From: an uncultured Planctomycetaceae bacterium
GTDB taxonomy: Bacteria; Planctomycetota; Planctomycetia; Pirellulales; PALSA-1355
NCBI GenBank assembly: GCA_963785305.1
Contig: CAWAUV010000002.1
Span: forward strand, 1 to 64,000
Direction of reading: 5' to 3'
DNA length: 64,000 nt
The position numbers and the translations under genes were made by a program. Positions 45,645 through 55,343 of this stretch are shown piece by piece. A model generated the notes under the pieces. That model had not been told where the DNA came from. It did no database searches and saw only the letters and a program-made list of their open reading frames with translations. Position 1 is the stretch's first letter. The number at the start of each line of letters is the position of its first letter.

Positions 45645-48029
45645 ATGAAACCAGTCTCCGCGTTCGTGATTTCCTGGCTCGTGACAGCCAACTCGTTTGC
45701 TTCCGCTGGCGATCCGGCGCTGCCTGGCAACCACCCTCTCAACCAGTCGCGAACGGGGGATTTGCTGATCTCGGAATTTCGCTGCGCGGCGTGTCATAGT
45801 GGCGTCCAACCAAGTTCCCTGCCGGAAAACTCGGCGCCTGATTTGGCCGAAGCAGGTTCGCGGATCTCGCCCGAATACCTTCGGCGGTTTCTTGCGTCTC
45901 CTTCGTCGGCTCATCCGGGCACGAGAATGCCAGACGTGCTGGTGTCGCGATCGGAAGCGGAAAGAGACAAGATCGCGGAAGCGCTGACGCACTTTTTGGT
46001 CGCGCGGTCGAAGGCGGCCTTTCAATCCAACGCGTCGGAGCGGATCGATCGCGAGCAAGGCAAGGCGCTCTATCACACGGTCGGTTGCGTGGCGTGTCAT
46101 GGCCCGAGGGAAGCGATCGCCGACGCGCGGCAGGTCGAAAATCGCGGCGGCGAAGATGACGACGACGAGGCCAAGAAACCCACCGCCCAAAGCACCGTCA
46201 AGCCGATCGCCGTGCCACTGGGCCATGTCGCCGCCAAATACAGCGCGACGTCGCTGGGCGAGTTCCTGTTTCAACCGTTGCGTGTCAGAAACGCCGGGCG
46301 AATGCCCGACATGAAACTGACTCCGGCGGAATCACTGGCCATTGCCGGCTACTTGATTGGAGAAAAGCCCCGAACGGGAGAGGCTCTTGTTCCATGGGCA
46401 TCACTGGTGGCGCTCGGGAAGAAATACTTCCAGGAGCTGAACTGCGCCGCGTGTCACGCGCTCCCTGCAATGGCGGCGGCTCCCCTGGTTGGCTCATTGA
46501 GAAACGCGGACCTGTCTCGCGGCTGTTTGTCCAAGACGAGTGCTCGAAGTCCTCGGTTCCAACTCGACGACTCCCAGGTCCAGGCGCTGATTGCTTCGAT
46601 TCGGGAAGAACCGACGGCCGAATCGGACAAGCTCGTGGTGGCGAAGACGCTGACCGCTTTTCGCTGCATCGCCTGTCATATTCGAGATGACTTTGGCGGA
46701 GTGCATGAGGCATACGACCCGTTCTTCACCGGCAGCGAGCAAAAACTGGGCGACGACGGCCGCATCCCGCCGCCGCTCACGCTCGTGGGGGCCAAGCTGC
46801 GGCCGGCATGGATGAAGAAGGTGCTCTTCGATGGCGAAAGTGTCCGGCATTATATGGCGACTCGGATGCCGCAATATGGCGTTGCCAATCTCCAGCATTT
46901 GCCGGCCTACTTCAGTCGTCTCGACGATTCGAAAAGCGCGGAGATGAAGATTCCGAACCCAGAGGATCGCTCCGAAAGCGATCGCGAACGAGAAAAGCTG
47001 CTTCGCGCGGCGGGCCGAGAATTGCTCGGCGACAAGGGCCTGAACTGCATCGCCTGCCACACCTTCAATGGAAAAGCCGCGCAGGTCAATCAAGGAATCG
47101 ACCTGCCGACGAGCTATCAGCGACTTCAACCGGGGTGGTTCAATCGCTATCTCCGCAACCCTGGCGCCTTTCGTCCACGAACCATCATGCCGACGTCTTG
47201 GCCCAACGGAGTCGCCACGCATAAGACAATTCTCGATGGCGACACCGACCGGCAGATCGAGTCCATCTGGTACTACCTCTCGCTCGGCACATCCGCCGCC
47301 GATCCGTCCGGAATCCGCGGAGTGAGCACGAAACTGACCGTCGACGACCAGGCCAAGACATATCGCGGACGGAGTCGCGTGGCCGGTTTTCGGGGCATCG
47401 CCGTCGGTTTACCCGAGCAGCTCAGTTATGCGTTTAACGCGGAAACAGGAACGCTGTCGGCCATCTGGCAGGGCGACTTCATCGGAGTGAACTGGAGTGG
47501 CCAGGGTTCCGGGGATTTCAGTCCGAGCGCCGAGCCAATCACTCTGGCGCAGGATGTTTCCTTCGCACAGCTCGCCGATGAAAGTTCTCCGTGGCCGCTG
47601 ATGCCGGTGATGACCAAGGAGGCTCGAACCAATCCCGATCCGCTCTATCCGAAAAACGTAGGCTATCAGTTCCGCGGATACTTCCTCGGCGAATCGTCGA
47701 TCCCCACTTTCATGTATCGCAGCGGCACGATTGAGATCGAAGATCGGTCGGTGGCCGCGGGTACCGATGAGCAACGACAATTGAAGCGAGTTTTGCGGCT
47801 TGAGTCTCCGGCGCCGCGAACCGTCTGGTTTCGAGCGCTCACGGGAGAGATCCGCCAAGAGTCCGAACGCGCCTTCCTCAGCGGCCGTTTGCGGCTGACG
47901 ATTCCCCAAATCGAAACGAAACTGCGATCGTCGTCCGACGATCCGAAGCGGTCCGAACTGCTGCTGCGACTGCAAGTTTCCCAAGACGAATCAACCCTGG
48001 AGTTGCTCTATGAACCGCTCAAGAAGTAG
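45645..48029 (+). CDS. Secreted multiheme c-type cytochrome (5 CxxCH)
   Basis: Signal peptide; CAACH, CVACH, CAACH, CIACH, CIACH motifs, with 'RMP/IMP' Met-ligand-like motifs downstream. Confidence 0.85.
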   Translation: MKPVSAFVISWLVTANSFASAGDPALPGNHPLNQSRTGDLLISEFRCAACHSGVQPSSLPENSAPDLAEAGSRISPEYLRRFLASPSSAHPGTRMPDVLVSRSEAERDKIAEALTHFLVARSKAAFQSNASERIDREQGKALYHTVGCVACHGPREAIADARQVENRGGEDDDDEAKKPTAQSTVKPIAVPLGHVAAKYSATSLGEFLFQPLRVRNAGRMPDMKLTPAESLAIAGYLIGEKPRTGEALVPWASLVALGKKYFQELNCAACHALPAMAAAPLVGSLRNADLSRGCLSKTSARSPRFQLDDSQVQALIASIREEPTAESDKLVVAKTLTAFRCIACHIRDDFGGVHEAYDPFFTGSEQKLGDDGRIPPPLTLVGAKLRPAWMKKVLFDGESVRHYMATRMPQYGVANLQHLPAYFSRLDDSKSAEMKIPNPEDRSESDREREKLLRAAGRELLGDKGLNCIACHTFNGKAAQVNQGIDLPTSYQRLQPGWFNRYLRNPGAFRPRTIMPTSWPNGVATHKTILDGDTDRQIESIWYYLSLGTSAADPSGIRGVSTKLTVDDQAKTYRGRSRVAGFRGIAVGLPEQLSYAFNAETGTLSAIWQGDFIGVNWSGQGSGDFSPSAEPITLAQDVSFAQLADESSPWPLMPVMTKEARTNPDPLYPKNVGYQFRGYFLGESSIPTFMYRSGTIEIEDRSVAAGTDEQRQLKRVLRLESPAPRTVWFRALTGEIRQESERAFLSGRLRLTIPQIETKLRSSSDDPKRSELLLRLQVSQDESTLELLYEPLKK

Positions 48030-49513
48030 TCATTCGCGACTCCATTGCTTTCTGATCCTGATTGCAATGTCCGCGCTGGGCGCCCTGCGCCGAGGAGGTT
48101 GGCGAACGATGGGGAACCGAGGAACGCGAGCGTGAATATTATCCGATCGTCGATATTCCACTGCCAAAGGACACGGTCATCGAGGCCGGGGCCTTCGCGG
48201 TGGCGCCGGATCGGCGAATCGCCGTGGGAACGCGGCATGGCGAGATTTTTCTCATCGACGGTGTCGACGCCCCGAAGCCAACCCCCTCGTTTCATCGGTT
48301 CGCCACGGGACTCGACGAGATATTTGGGCTGACGTGGAAGGACAACGCGTTTTGCGTCACCCAGAGCTGCGAATTGACTCGCGTTAGCGATTCCAATGGC
48401 GATGGCGTGGCGGATCGCTTCGAGACCATCTCCGATGCGTGGGGATATGCGAACTACCACGAATACGCCTTCGGTTCGAAACCCGACGCCGAGGGAAATC
48501 AGTTCATCGCGCTCGGCCTGTCGGAGTCTTACTACTCCCACGCCTTGAACCGTGGATTCATCATGAAGGTCGCGCCCGACGGGAAAACGACCGCCTTCGC
48601 CAGCGGACTGCGCAGTCCCGGCGGGATCGGGTTCGATGAGCACGAGCAACTGTTCTATGTGGAAAGCCAGGGCCCGTGGAATTGTTCGTGCAGTCTGAAG
48701 GCGGTGTCGCCGAACAGCTTTCACGGTCACCCGGCCAGCTTCAACTGGTACCAATACTCGCCGGAACTCGGGCCGGTCCCTGAGGCGCCGAAGTCGGGCA
48801 GTCGTATCGTCTCCGAAAAGAACCGCGTCAAACAACTGGCGCCCTACGCCGTCATTTTTCCATACATCCGCATGGGCAGGTCCATCACGGCCTTCAGCGT
48901 CGATAAGACGCTGGGAAAGTTCGGCCCTTTTGAAAACCAGTTGTTTCTTGGCGATTACACGCAATCGATCCTGATGCGCGCCACGACGGAAAAGGTCCAC
49001 GGCGTTTGGCAGGGAGCGTGCTATCCGTTTCGCGAGGGCCTTTCGACCGGAATTCTCAACGTGGAATTCACTCCGGAGGGCAGGTTGCTATGCGGCGGAA
49101 CCAATCGCGGCTGGCCGGTTCGCGGCATCAAACCGTTCGCTCTGGAGCGAGTCGAGTGGAGTGGCAAGGTCCCATTTGAAATCAATGAAATCACGATCGA
49201 ACCCGATGGGTTCAAGATTACGTTTACCAAACCCGTGGAACAGGTCACCGGCCGCTCAATGGACTCGTATGTGATCTCCGCGTTCACGCACCCGTACCAC
49301 GCCGGCTACGGCGGGCCGGAAATCGAGCGGCACAAGCCAAGCCTGAAAGCTGTCTCGCTTTCCGACGACGGACTCTCGGCCAAGATCGCACTAGAAAAGC
49401 TCGACCAGGGATTCGTGTACGAATTCGATCTGGAACGATTGCGTTCGCGCGACAACGAAGAGCTGCTTCATCGCAGCGCGTTCTACACCGTCAATGAAAT
49501 ACCCGCCCGCTAA
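48010..49513 (+). CDS. Secreted beta-propeller (glucose/sorbosone dehydrogenase-like) protein, frameshift at about 48085
   Basis: ATG 48010 overlaps the cytochrome 3' end and encodes a signal peptide. 'DSNGDGVADRFE', 'YHEYAFG', 'ASGLRSPGGIG', 'GTNRGWP'. Confidence 0.7.
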
Positions 49514-49718
49514 CAACGCCGCTCAGAGATCGAACTCCCAAACCGCCCGGGCATACCGTGCTCCACCATTTTTTGGCGCCTGTCTGGTTCCTTTGTGACA
49601 GGAGAAATCAAAGGGTTCAGGACTCATCGATTTCGCTGCAGAGAAATCAAAGGGGTCAAGAAATCAAAGGGGTCAGGACTCTTTGATTTCGCTGGCGGTT
49701 GTTGGTAGACTGGCGGAC

Positions 49719-50073
49719 ATGCCGCGACCACCACGAGCCGACGAAGCCGGCGGCGCCTACCATGCCTTGAATCGAGCGAATGCCCGGGCCAAGATTTTCC
49801 GCAACGACGCGGATTACGAAGCCTTCGAGCGCGTGCTCGGTGAAGGGCTCGCGGCATGCCGTCGAGTTGTTCGCTTACCAGTTGATGCCCAGCCACCGGC
49901 GCCGCTGGCGGAACGAGATCTCGCCGCATTGCGCGGCGAGGGTCTCCCTTCGGCGAGCCGACTTGGACCGAAGCGACGGCAAGGCGCCCGCGACTGACCT
50001 CGACGCTACAACCTCGTGGTCGTCCGCAAGTCCATTTTTCCGATACGGCTCCCGACCAAATACCAAACAATGA
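49719..50073 (+). pseudogene. Internally deleted Y1 transposase
   Basis: 'MPRPPRADEAGGAYHALNRANARAKIF...DYEAF...LFAYQLMPSH' joined directly to the C-terminal remnant 'PAPLAERDLAALR...RGRP'. The second His of HUH and the catalytic Tyr region are missing. Confidence 0.75.
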
Positions 50074-50085
50074 GTCCTGACCCGT

Positions 50086-50157
50086 TAGAATTCTGTAGAA
50101 TTCTGTAGAATTCTCTGTAGAATTCTCTGTAGAATTCTCTGACCCGTTAGAATTCTC
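50086..50157. repeat. 10/12-nt tandem array TAGAATTCT(CT)G plus a re-copied CTGACCCGTTAGAATTC end
   Basis: Units at 50086, 50096, 50106, 50118, 50130 and 50148 (six GAATTC). Confidence 0.9.
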
Positions 50158-50959
50158 CGCCGAGATCATTATACACATACTCGGTCGTCCGCCCGAGCGG
50201 GTCGGTCATCGACAGCTCGTTGCCGTTGGCATCGTAGGTGTAGGTGGTGGTCACGCCGCCCGAGGCGGCCACGGGCGCCGACGACGCCAAGAGCGCGATC
50301 TGGCCGGCGGTGAGCGCCGTGTCGTAGATCGCCACCGGGCCGATATCGCCGTCGAGATAGCGAGTGCCATCGGACGAGGCGCCGATCGTCCAGGGAGCGT
50401 CGACCGCCACGGCCCCTTGCGTGCTCGCCGTGCTGCTCACAAGCGCGCCGTCGGCATAGAGTTGCCACGCGCTGCCGGTGAACACGCCGGTCAAAAACAC
50501 CCAATTGCCGATGTCGCCCACCGGAATCGGCGCCGTGGTCGCCTGATCGCTACCGTTCCATGTGCCGAACTGGAAGTAGCCGCTGTTGATCCGCAGATAC
50601 ACTTCGGCGTCGGAATTATACGTGTAACCGTGGGCCACGATATCTTGCAGCCCGGCCGTCGATTGCACATCGACCCACGCCGACACGGTCAGCTCGCCCG
50701 AGATATCGAGCGCCGCGGAATTGCTCTCGATCGACACCGCCTCGTTCACGCCATTGAGCGCCAAGCCCGACCCCACCGGGCTCGCCACTTGCGCCGGCGA
50801 GCCCGCAATCGCGCCCGTGTCGCCATTGCCCGACCCATCGGGCGTCGCGCCGCCGGTGATCGAACTAAAATCCCAGGCCCCGGCCAAGCCGGCCGTGATC
50901 GGAGTGGACGCCGCCGCATGGGCGCCATCGCCGCCCGACGGGCCGGCCACTCGCATCAT
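50147..50959 (-). pseudogene. Rhs fragment: LamG/ConA-like domain followed by a YD repeat, truncated at the Y1 element
   Basis: 'ELTVSAWV...WVFLTGVF...LYADGALV...GDIGPVAIYDTALT' then 'TTTYTYDANGNELSMTDPLGRTTEYVYNDLG'. The final 'EF*' is encoded by the element end GAATTCTAA. Confidence 0.75.
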
Positions 50960-50965
50960 TGGCTC

Positions 50966-51340
50966 TCAATAGCAAGGCTTGCTAGGGCTTCTCGTGTCCT
51001 CTTCGTTAGCCTTTTCCGCCATATAAAAAGGACTCGCGATAAATTCGCGCCATAATTCAATGACACCACTCCATGTCTTTGCCTTTGGAATCGGAGACGG
51101 CGATTCCACGCCATCAGCAACAGCGAGATCGGACTGAGCCTGCTTGTCTTTCAAGAAACAGAAGTATCCCAGCAAAGAAATGTGCCGACCAACGTCCTCG
51201 GTAAGAATGATCTCTCGCAACCACTCCAGATGCACAAATACCTCCTCCAACGAATCAGGTGATCTGGCGTACATATGCGGCTTCTCACAAGCCCATGTAA
51301 TCCATTGGTCGTTGAGCTTTATGATTTCTCTCGCATTCAT
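50966..51340 (-). CDS. Putative Rhs immunity protein
   Basis: 124 aa, visibly lower GC, ATGA-overlapped with the toxin stop codon. No family recognised. Confidence 0.65.
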   Translation of the reverse strand: MNAREIIKLNDQWITWACEKPHMYARSPDSLEEVFVHLEWLREIILTEDVGRHISLLGYFCFLKDKQAQSDLAVADGVESPSPIPKAKTWSGVIELWREFIASPFYMAEKANEEDTRSPSKPCY

Positions 51341-52732
51341 GGAATTACCTTTATCACTTGCGTATTTGGGTTCACGAGTTGCACCTTATCGGCTAACAAT
51401 TGAAAGTACTCCTCGGTCGCAAGTCCGGCGGGACCGGTCAACGCGTCGTAAATCTTATCGCCATAACGCACAACCTGGTGCTCCCCTGTATCGGAAAACT
51501 GCCGTCCACCAATAATGAAAAACTGTTCTCCACTCTGACCGGTAATTTTTAATATTTCTGCGCCCTTCCCAAGAACTTTTGCGGCGAGGTCCGCCGCCTT
51601 GTCGCACCGCTTTGCCAATATCGGGAATTGTCGGTAGATCCCGTCGAGTTGGGATATCGTGTTAACGCGGGTTGCGAGATTTGCAATCGTATCTTTTGAA
51701 GTAGCTATAATTTCCTTGGCCGCATCGCCTCGTCTAAGCACCGGATCCAATGCCTGCACGAAGCTGCTCATTCGTGTTTTTACCAAGTCCGCAGCCGCCG
51801 ATGCGGCGTTTAGCGCCTTTGTTGTCTCCGTCCTTGCCGCTGTGATCGCCGCCTGATTTGACGGACTCTGCAGCGCTTGGCCGAGTTTCTGTAGCGAAGT
51901 CGTCAATTTGTCCGCAGCTGCGTTTGCCTGAGTCATCGCCTGCTGCAATGGCGCCGCAAGCGAGGCGATATACGCGGCGAGCTTCGGCTCCTTTCCCGTG
52001 GGATCGGTTAACTCAGCAGGATTATTCAGCACATATCGAGCGAGATTTATATCGCCCGCCGCAAACCCAATCGGATCCTGTTGGGTCCACAGCCCATCGA
52101 CCGCGTCGTAGTAGCGGGTCATGCTTTTGTCGAGGCCGGTGGCGGTGTCGTGGACGAAGCCGGTGTAGCCGAAGAGGTAGGCGACGCCGGTGTCCGACTG
52201 GCTGGTCACGGCGCCGAAGGCGGTGTAGGTGATGTGGTTGACGATCGTCGTGGTGGCGGTGGCGGCGTCGTATTCGACCAAGTCGCGAGCCGTGCCTTGG
52301 TTGTCGACCAAGGGGTAAAGCACGATGCCGGCGGCGGTTGGAAGTTCACCGGCCTCCGTCGGGTCGAACTGCTCGTCGGCGAAGACTTGATCCACCATTG
52401 GGCCATCGAGGTACCGGTTCGTCAGGGCGTTCGTGCCATCGAGCGTGGCGACGATGGCTTGGCCGTCGTAGATGAATTTGGTCTCGGTGGTCGCGCCGCC
52501 GGCTACCGCGACGGTTTCCGAAACTTGCCGGCCAACCGCGTCGTACGCGTACGTCACCGTTTGCGTGACCACGCCGGCGCTGGTGTAGCTCGTCACAGCG
52601 GTCAATTCATTTCGATAGTCGTAGGCGTAGGTCGTATACGCGCCGGTGGCGATGTCGGTTTGCTCGATGCGATTGCCATCGGCGTCGTACTGGTAGTCGT
52701 ATGTGCCATCGGTGATCAGCGTGTTGTTGGCT
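51337..52732 (-). CDS. Orphan (5'-truncated) Rhs core with C-terminal papain-fold toxin (Tox-PL-2-like)
   Basis: YD repeats ('YDADGNRI', 'YDAVGRQV'), core 'FGYTGFVHDTATGL...RYYDAVDGLWTQQDPIGF...NNPAELTDPTG'. C-terminus 'RCDKAA...SDTGEHQVVRYGDKIYDALTGPAGL' gives a Cys/His/Asp triad. In-frame stop at about 52778 with no upstream ATG. Confidence 0.8.
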
Positions 52733-52773
52733 GGCCGTCGGGATCGTTCCCGAGCCCGCGCGGCCCAATTGGA

Positions 52774-52820
52774 TTGTCAAAGATCGCGTAGCGCCCGCAT
52801 CGCAGCCCCTCTGGGGCCGC
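52774..52820 (-). promoter_or_regulatory. boxB-like hairpin + boxA-like antitermination motif upstream of the orphan Rhs cassette
   Basis: Minus strand GCGGCCCC-AGA-GGGGCTGC, 16 nt, then GATCTTTGACAA. Confidence 0.35.
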
Positions 52821-52903
52821 TCACCACGGTCTGGTGGTCGAGCGCATTATACACACACGCGGTCGTGTTCCCATCGGCATCGGTGAAGCAGAGCGCACTG
52901 ACC
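52820..52903 (-). pseudogene. Single degenerate YD-repeat remnant
   Basis: Minus-strand translation 'VSALCFTDADGNTTACVYNALDHQTVV'. Confidence 0.5.
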
Positions 52904-52966
52904 CAACTCGCGTGGGCGCACCGCCAACCGCATTGCTATGCCCACGACACGGGTGGGCATGGCGCC
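52900..52966. repeat. Degenerate doublet of the GCCCAC...GTGGGC REP-like hairpin, without MITE ends
   Basis: ATGCCCAC-GACACGG-GTGGGCATGGCGCC at about 52938-52966 and a decayed partner at about 52900-52920. Confidence 0.55.
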
Positions 52967-53014
52967 GGGCGCCTCGCGGCGTAAAAGATTCCGAGCGCTC
53001 GCGGCGCGCGGCGT

Positions 53015-53650
53015 CTACTCGGCTTGTTCGTTGCCGCGGTCGGTCGGGGGCAGGCGGGTTTCGGCCAGGATCGGCTCGAGCTCCTCGACGAAATCTCGCA
53101 CATCCTTGAATTCGCGATACACGCTCGCGAACCGCACGAACGCCACGTGATCGAGTTGGCGAAGCTGCTCCATCACCATTTCGCCCAGCCGCTTCGAGTG
53201 CACTTCGGCGTCGAGCTTGTTGCGAATTTCCTCCTCGACATGCGTGACCAGCGCTTCGATCTGGTTGTCGCTGATCGGCCGCTTCCAGCAGGCCTTTTCC
53301 AAGCCGCGCTTGATCTTTTGCCGCTCGAAGGGCACCCGGGCTCCGTCTTTCTTCACCACCTTGAGCACGCGTTCCTCGCAGCGCTCGACCGTGGAATATT
53401 GGCGGCGGCATGAAAGGCACTCGCGCCGCCGGAGCACGGCGAAACCGCCTTCCGAAGGATCGCTGTCGATCACGCGATTGTGCTCGTCGTGGCAGAAGGG
53501 GCACTTGACCGGGTCGTCCATGCGCTCGAAAGTGCTGTAGCGCGTCTGGCAGGCCGCGCATTCGCGGCGCCGGCGGATCGCCAGACCATCGTGGCTGGCC
53601 CGCGAGTCGATCACTCGGTCATTATCCATCCCACAGGCGGGACATTTCAT
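53015..53650 (-). CDS. nrdR: Transcriptional repressor NrdR with duplicated N-terminal zinc ribbon
   Basis: Ribbon 1 'MKCPACG...RVIDSR...IRRRRECAACQTRYSTFER', ribbon 2 'VKCPFCH...RVIDSD...LRRRECLSCRRQYSTVER', ATP-cone 'VVKKDGARVPF...LDHVAFVRFASVYREF'. Confidence 0.93.
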   Translation of the reverse strand: MKCPACGMDNDRVIDSRASHDGLAIRRRRECAACQTRYSTFERMDDPVKCPFCHDEHNRVIDSDPSEGGFAVLRRRECLSCRRQYSTVERCEERVLKVVKKDGARVPFERQKIKRGLEKACWKRPISDNQIEALVTHVEEEIRNKLDAEVHSKRLGEMVMEQLRQLDHVAFVRFASVYREFKDVRDFVEELEPILAETRLPPTDRGNEQAE

Positions 53651-53663
53651 ATTCGCGCGCCGA

Positions 53664-55267
53664 TCATTCGCTTTCGTCGTCGACCGAGGAAGCGTCGCTC
53701 GCGGCCGCGGCATCGGCCGAGCCCGGCGCCGCGCTCGCGGCGGCGGTGTTCGCGGCGCCGCCGGCGGCTTTGCCGCTCTTGCCTTCGGTAAGGCTCCAAT
53801 CCCGCCGCTGCCGGCTGCTGGGAATGCTCATCGCCTTGCGATATTTGGTCACGGTGCGGCGGGCCACGGTCAGGCCATGCTTCGCGAGCTCCTTGACCAG
53901 TTCGTCGTCGCTCAGCGGGCTTTGCTTGCTTTCGCCATCGATGATTTCTTGCAGCTTGAGCCGCACGGCGTCCCAAGCGACTTCCTCGCCATCGGCGCTC
54001 GACTGTGCCGCCGCAGAAGAACCGCTTGAGCGGAAAGATGCCGCGCGGTGTCTGGATCCATTTGTCGTCCACCGCCCGGCTCACGGTCGTGACATGCACC
54101 TTCACCTTGTCGGCGATCTGCTGCATCTTGAGCGGCTCGATGAACTCGGGCCCTTTGTTGAGAAACTCGGTTTGATGATCGACGATCGCCTGGGCCACGC
54201 GGGTGAGCGTGTTGCGGCGCTGCTCGATCGATTCGATCAGCCACTGGGCCGAGTTGATCTTGCGCTTGATGTATTCGCGCGTCTCGGCGTTGGCTTCGCC
54301 GCTGGTGAGCAGCTTGCGGTAATAGGGGCTGATGTACAAGTTGGGCGTGCGGCCGTCTTCGAGCCGAATTTTGTAGGCGCCGCCGTCCTCGAGATCGACG
54401 AACACATCGGGAGTGACATTCGGCACGAAGTTCTCGCCGAACTTGGCGCCCGGCTTCGGATTCAGCTTGCGCAGCTCGACGAGCGTTTGCTGAATCGAGC
54501 GCGATCGAGTAACCGGTGCGGCGCTCGATGAGCGGCAGCCGGTTGTGCTCCAGGTCCTCGAGATGGTTGGTGATCAGCGTCTTGAGCTGTTCGTAGTAGG
54601 GCATGCCCGGCGTGAGCTGGAGCCACAGGCATTCGCGCAAGTCGCGCGCCGCCACGCCCGGCGGATCGAGCTTTTGCACCACGGCCAGCGCCCGCTGCGC
54701 CAGGCCCAGTTGTTCGGGCGGGGCTTCCGGATCGATCAGGTCCTCGATGCGGCCTTGGAGATAGCCGTTGGCGTCGAGGTTGTAGATGATGCGGTCGCAC
54801 ATTTGCCGCACCTCGGGCTCGATCTCGAACCAGCCGAGCTGATCGTGGAGATAATCCTGCAGCGACTGGGGGCGGGCAACCATGTTGGCCATGGCGTCGT
54901 GCTTGCGCTGGCCCTCTTCCTCGAGCCGAGTGCTCGAGGGACGCGTGCGCTCCTCGAAATGGTCGGGCCACTCCTCGTCCATGTTCAGGAGCCGCTCGAA
55001 ATCGTCTTCGTTGTTCTTCGTGTCGTCGACCACCAGCTCGCGCTCTTCCGCCGTGGGCGCGTTGGGGTTTTCTTGATCGGCGGGCTGCTCGGGCAGATCG
55101 AGGTCTTCTTCCTGGAGGTCGAGCACCGGATTTTCTTGAATCTCCTGCTCGATCCGTTCCTGGAGCGCCATGATCGGAAGTTGCAATATCTCCATCGACT
55201 GGATCATCCGCGGCGCAAGCACCTGCTTCTGAACCAATCGCATTTCCTGGCCGAAAGAGAGTCGCAT
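53664..55267 (-). CDS. rpoN: RNA polymerase sigma-54 factor, frameshifted at about 54495 and 54000
   Basis: '[19 protein letters not shown]', '[14 protein letters not shown]', '[22 protein letters not shown]', RpoN box 'ARRTVTKYR'. Confidence 0.93.
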
Positions 55268-55343
55268 GTTTGCTTAACCTGGTTCGCGGTATTTCGGAAA
55301 GGAAGCTTCGTGAAACCGGTGGGGGGTACTTTGCCGGGCGACG

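Larger units (their letters stand above)
49604..50157 (+). mobile_element. Non-autonomous Y1/HUH (REP-associated tyrosine transposase-like) element, copy 1, with reiterated ends
   Basis: Left hairpin GAAATCAAAGGGGTCAGGACTCTTTGATTTC present about 2.5 times (49604, 49643, 49660). Transposase remnant from ATG 49719. Right end GAGTCCTGACCCGTTAGAATTC (50072-50093) followed by TAGAATTCT(CT)G repeats. Confidence 0.8.

Noticed and set aside
50086..50157. CRISPR array or EcoRI linker contamination
   Set aside because: No unique spacers. The GAATTC unit is part of the natural element end, which also occurs at 63780-63785.
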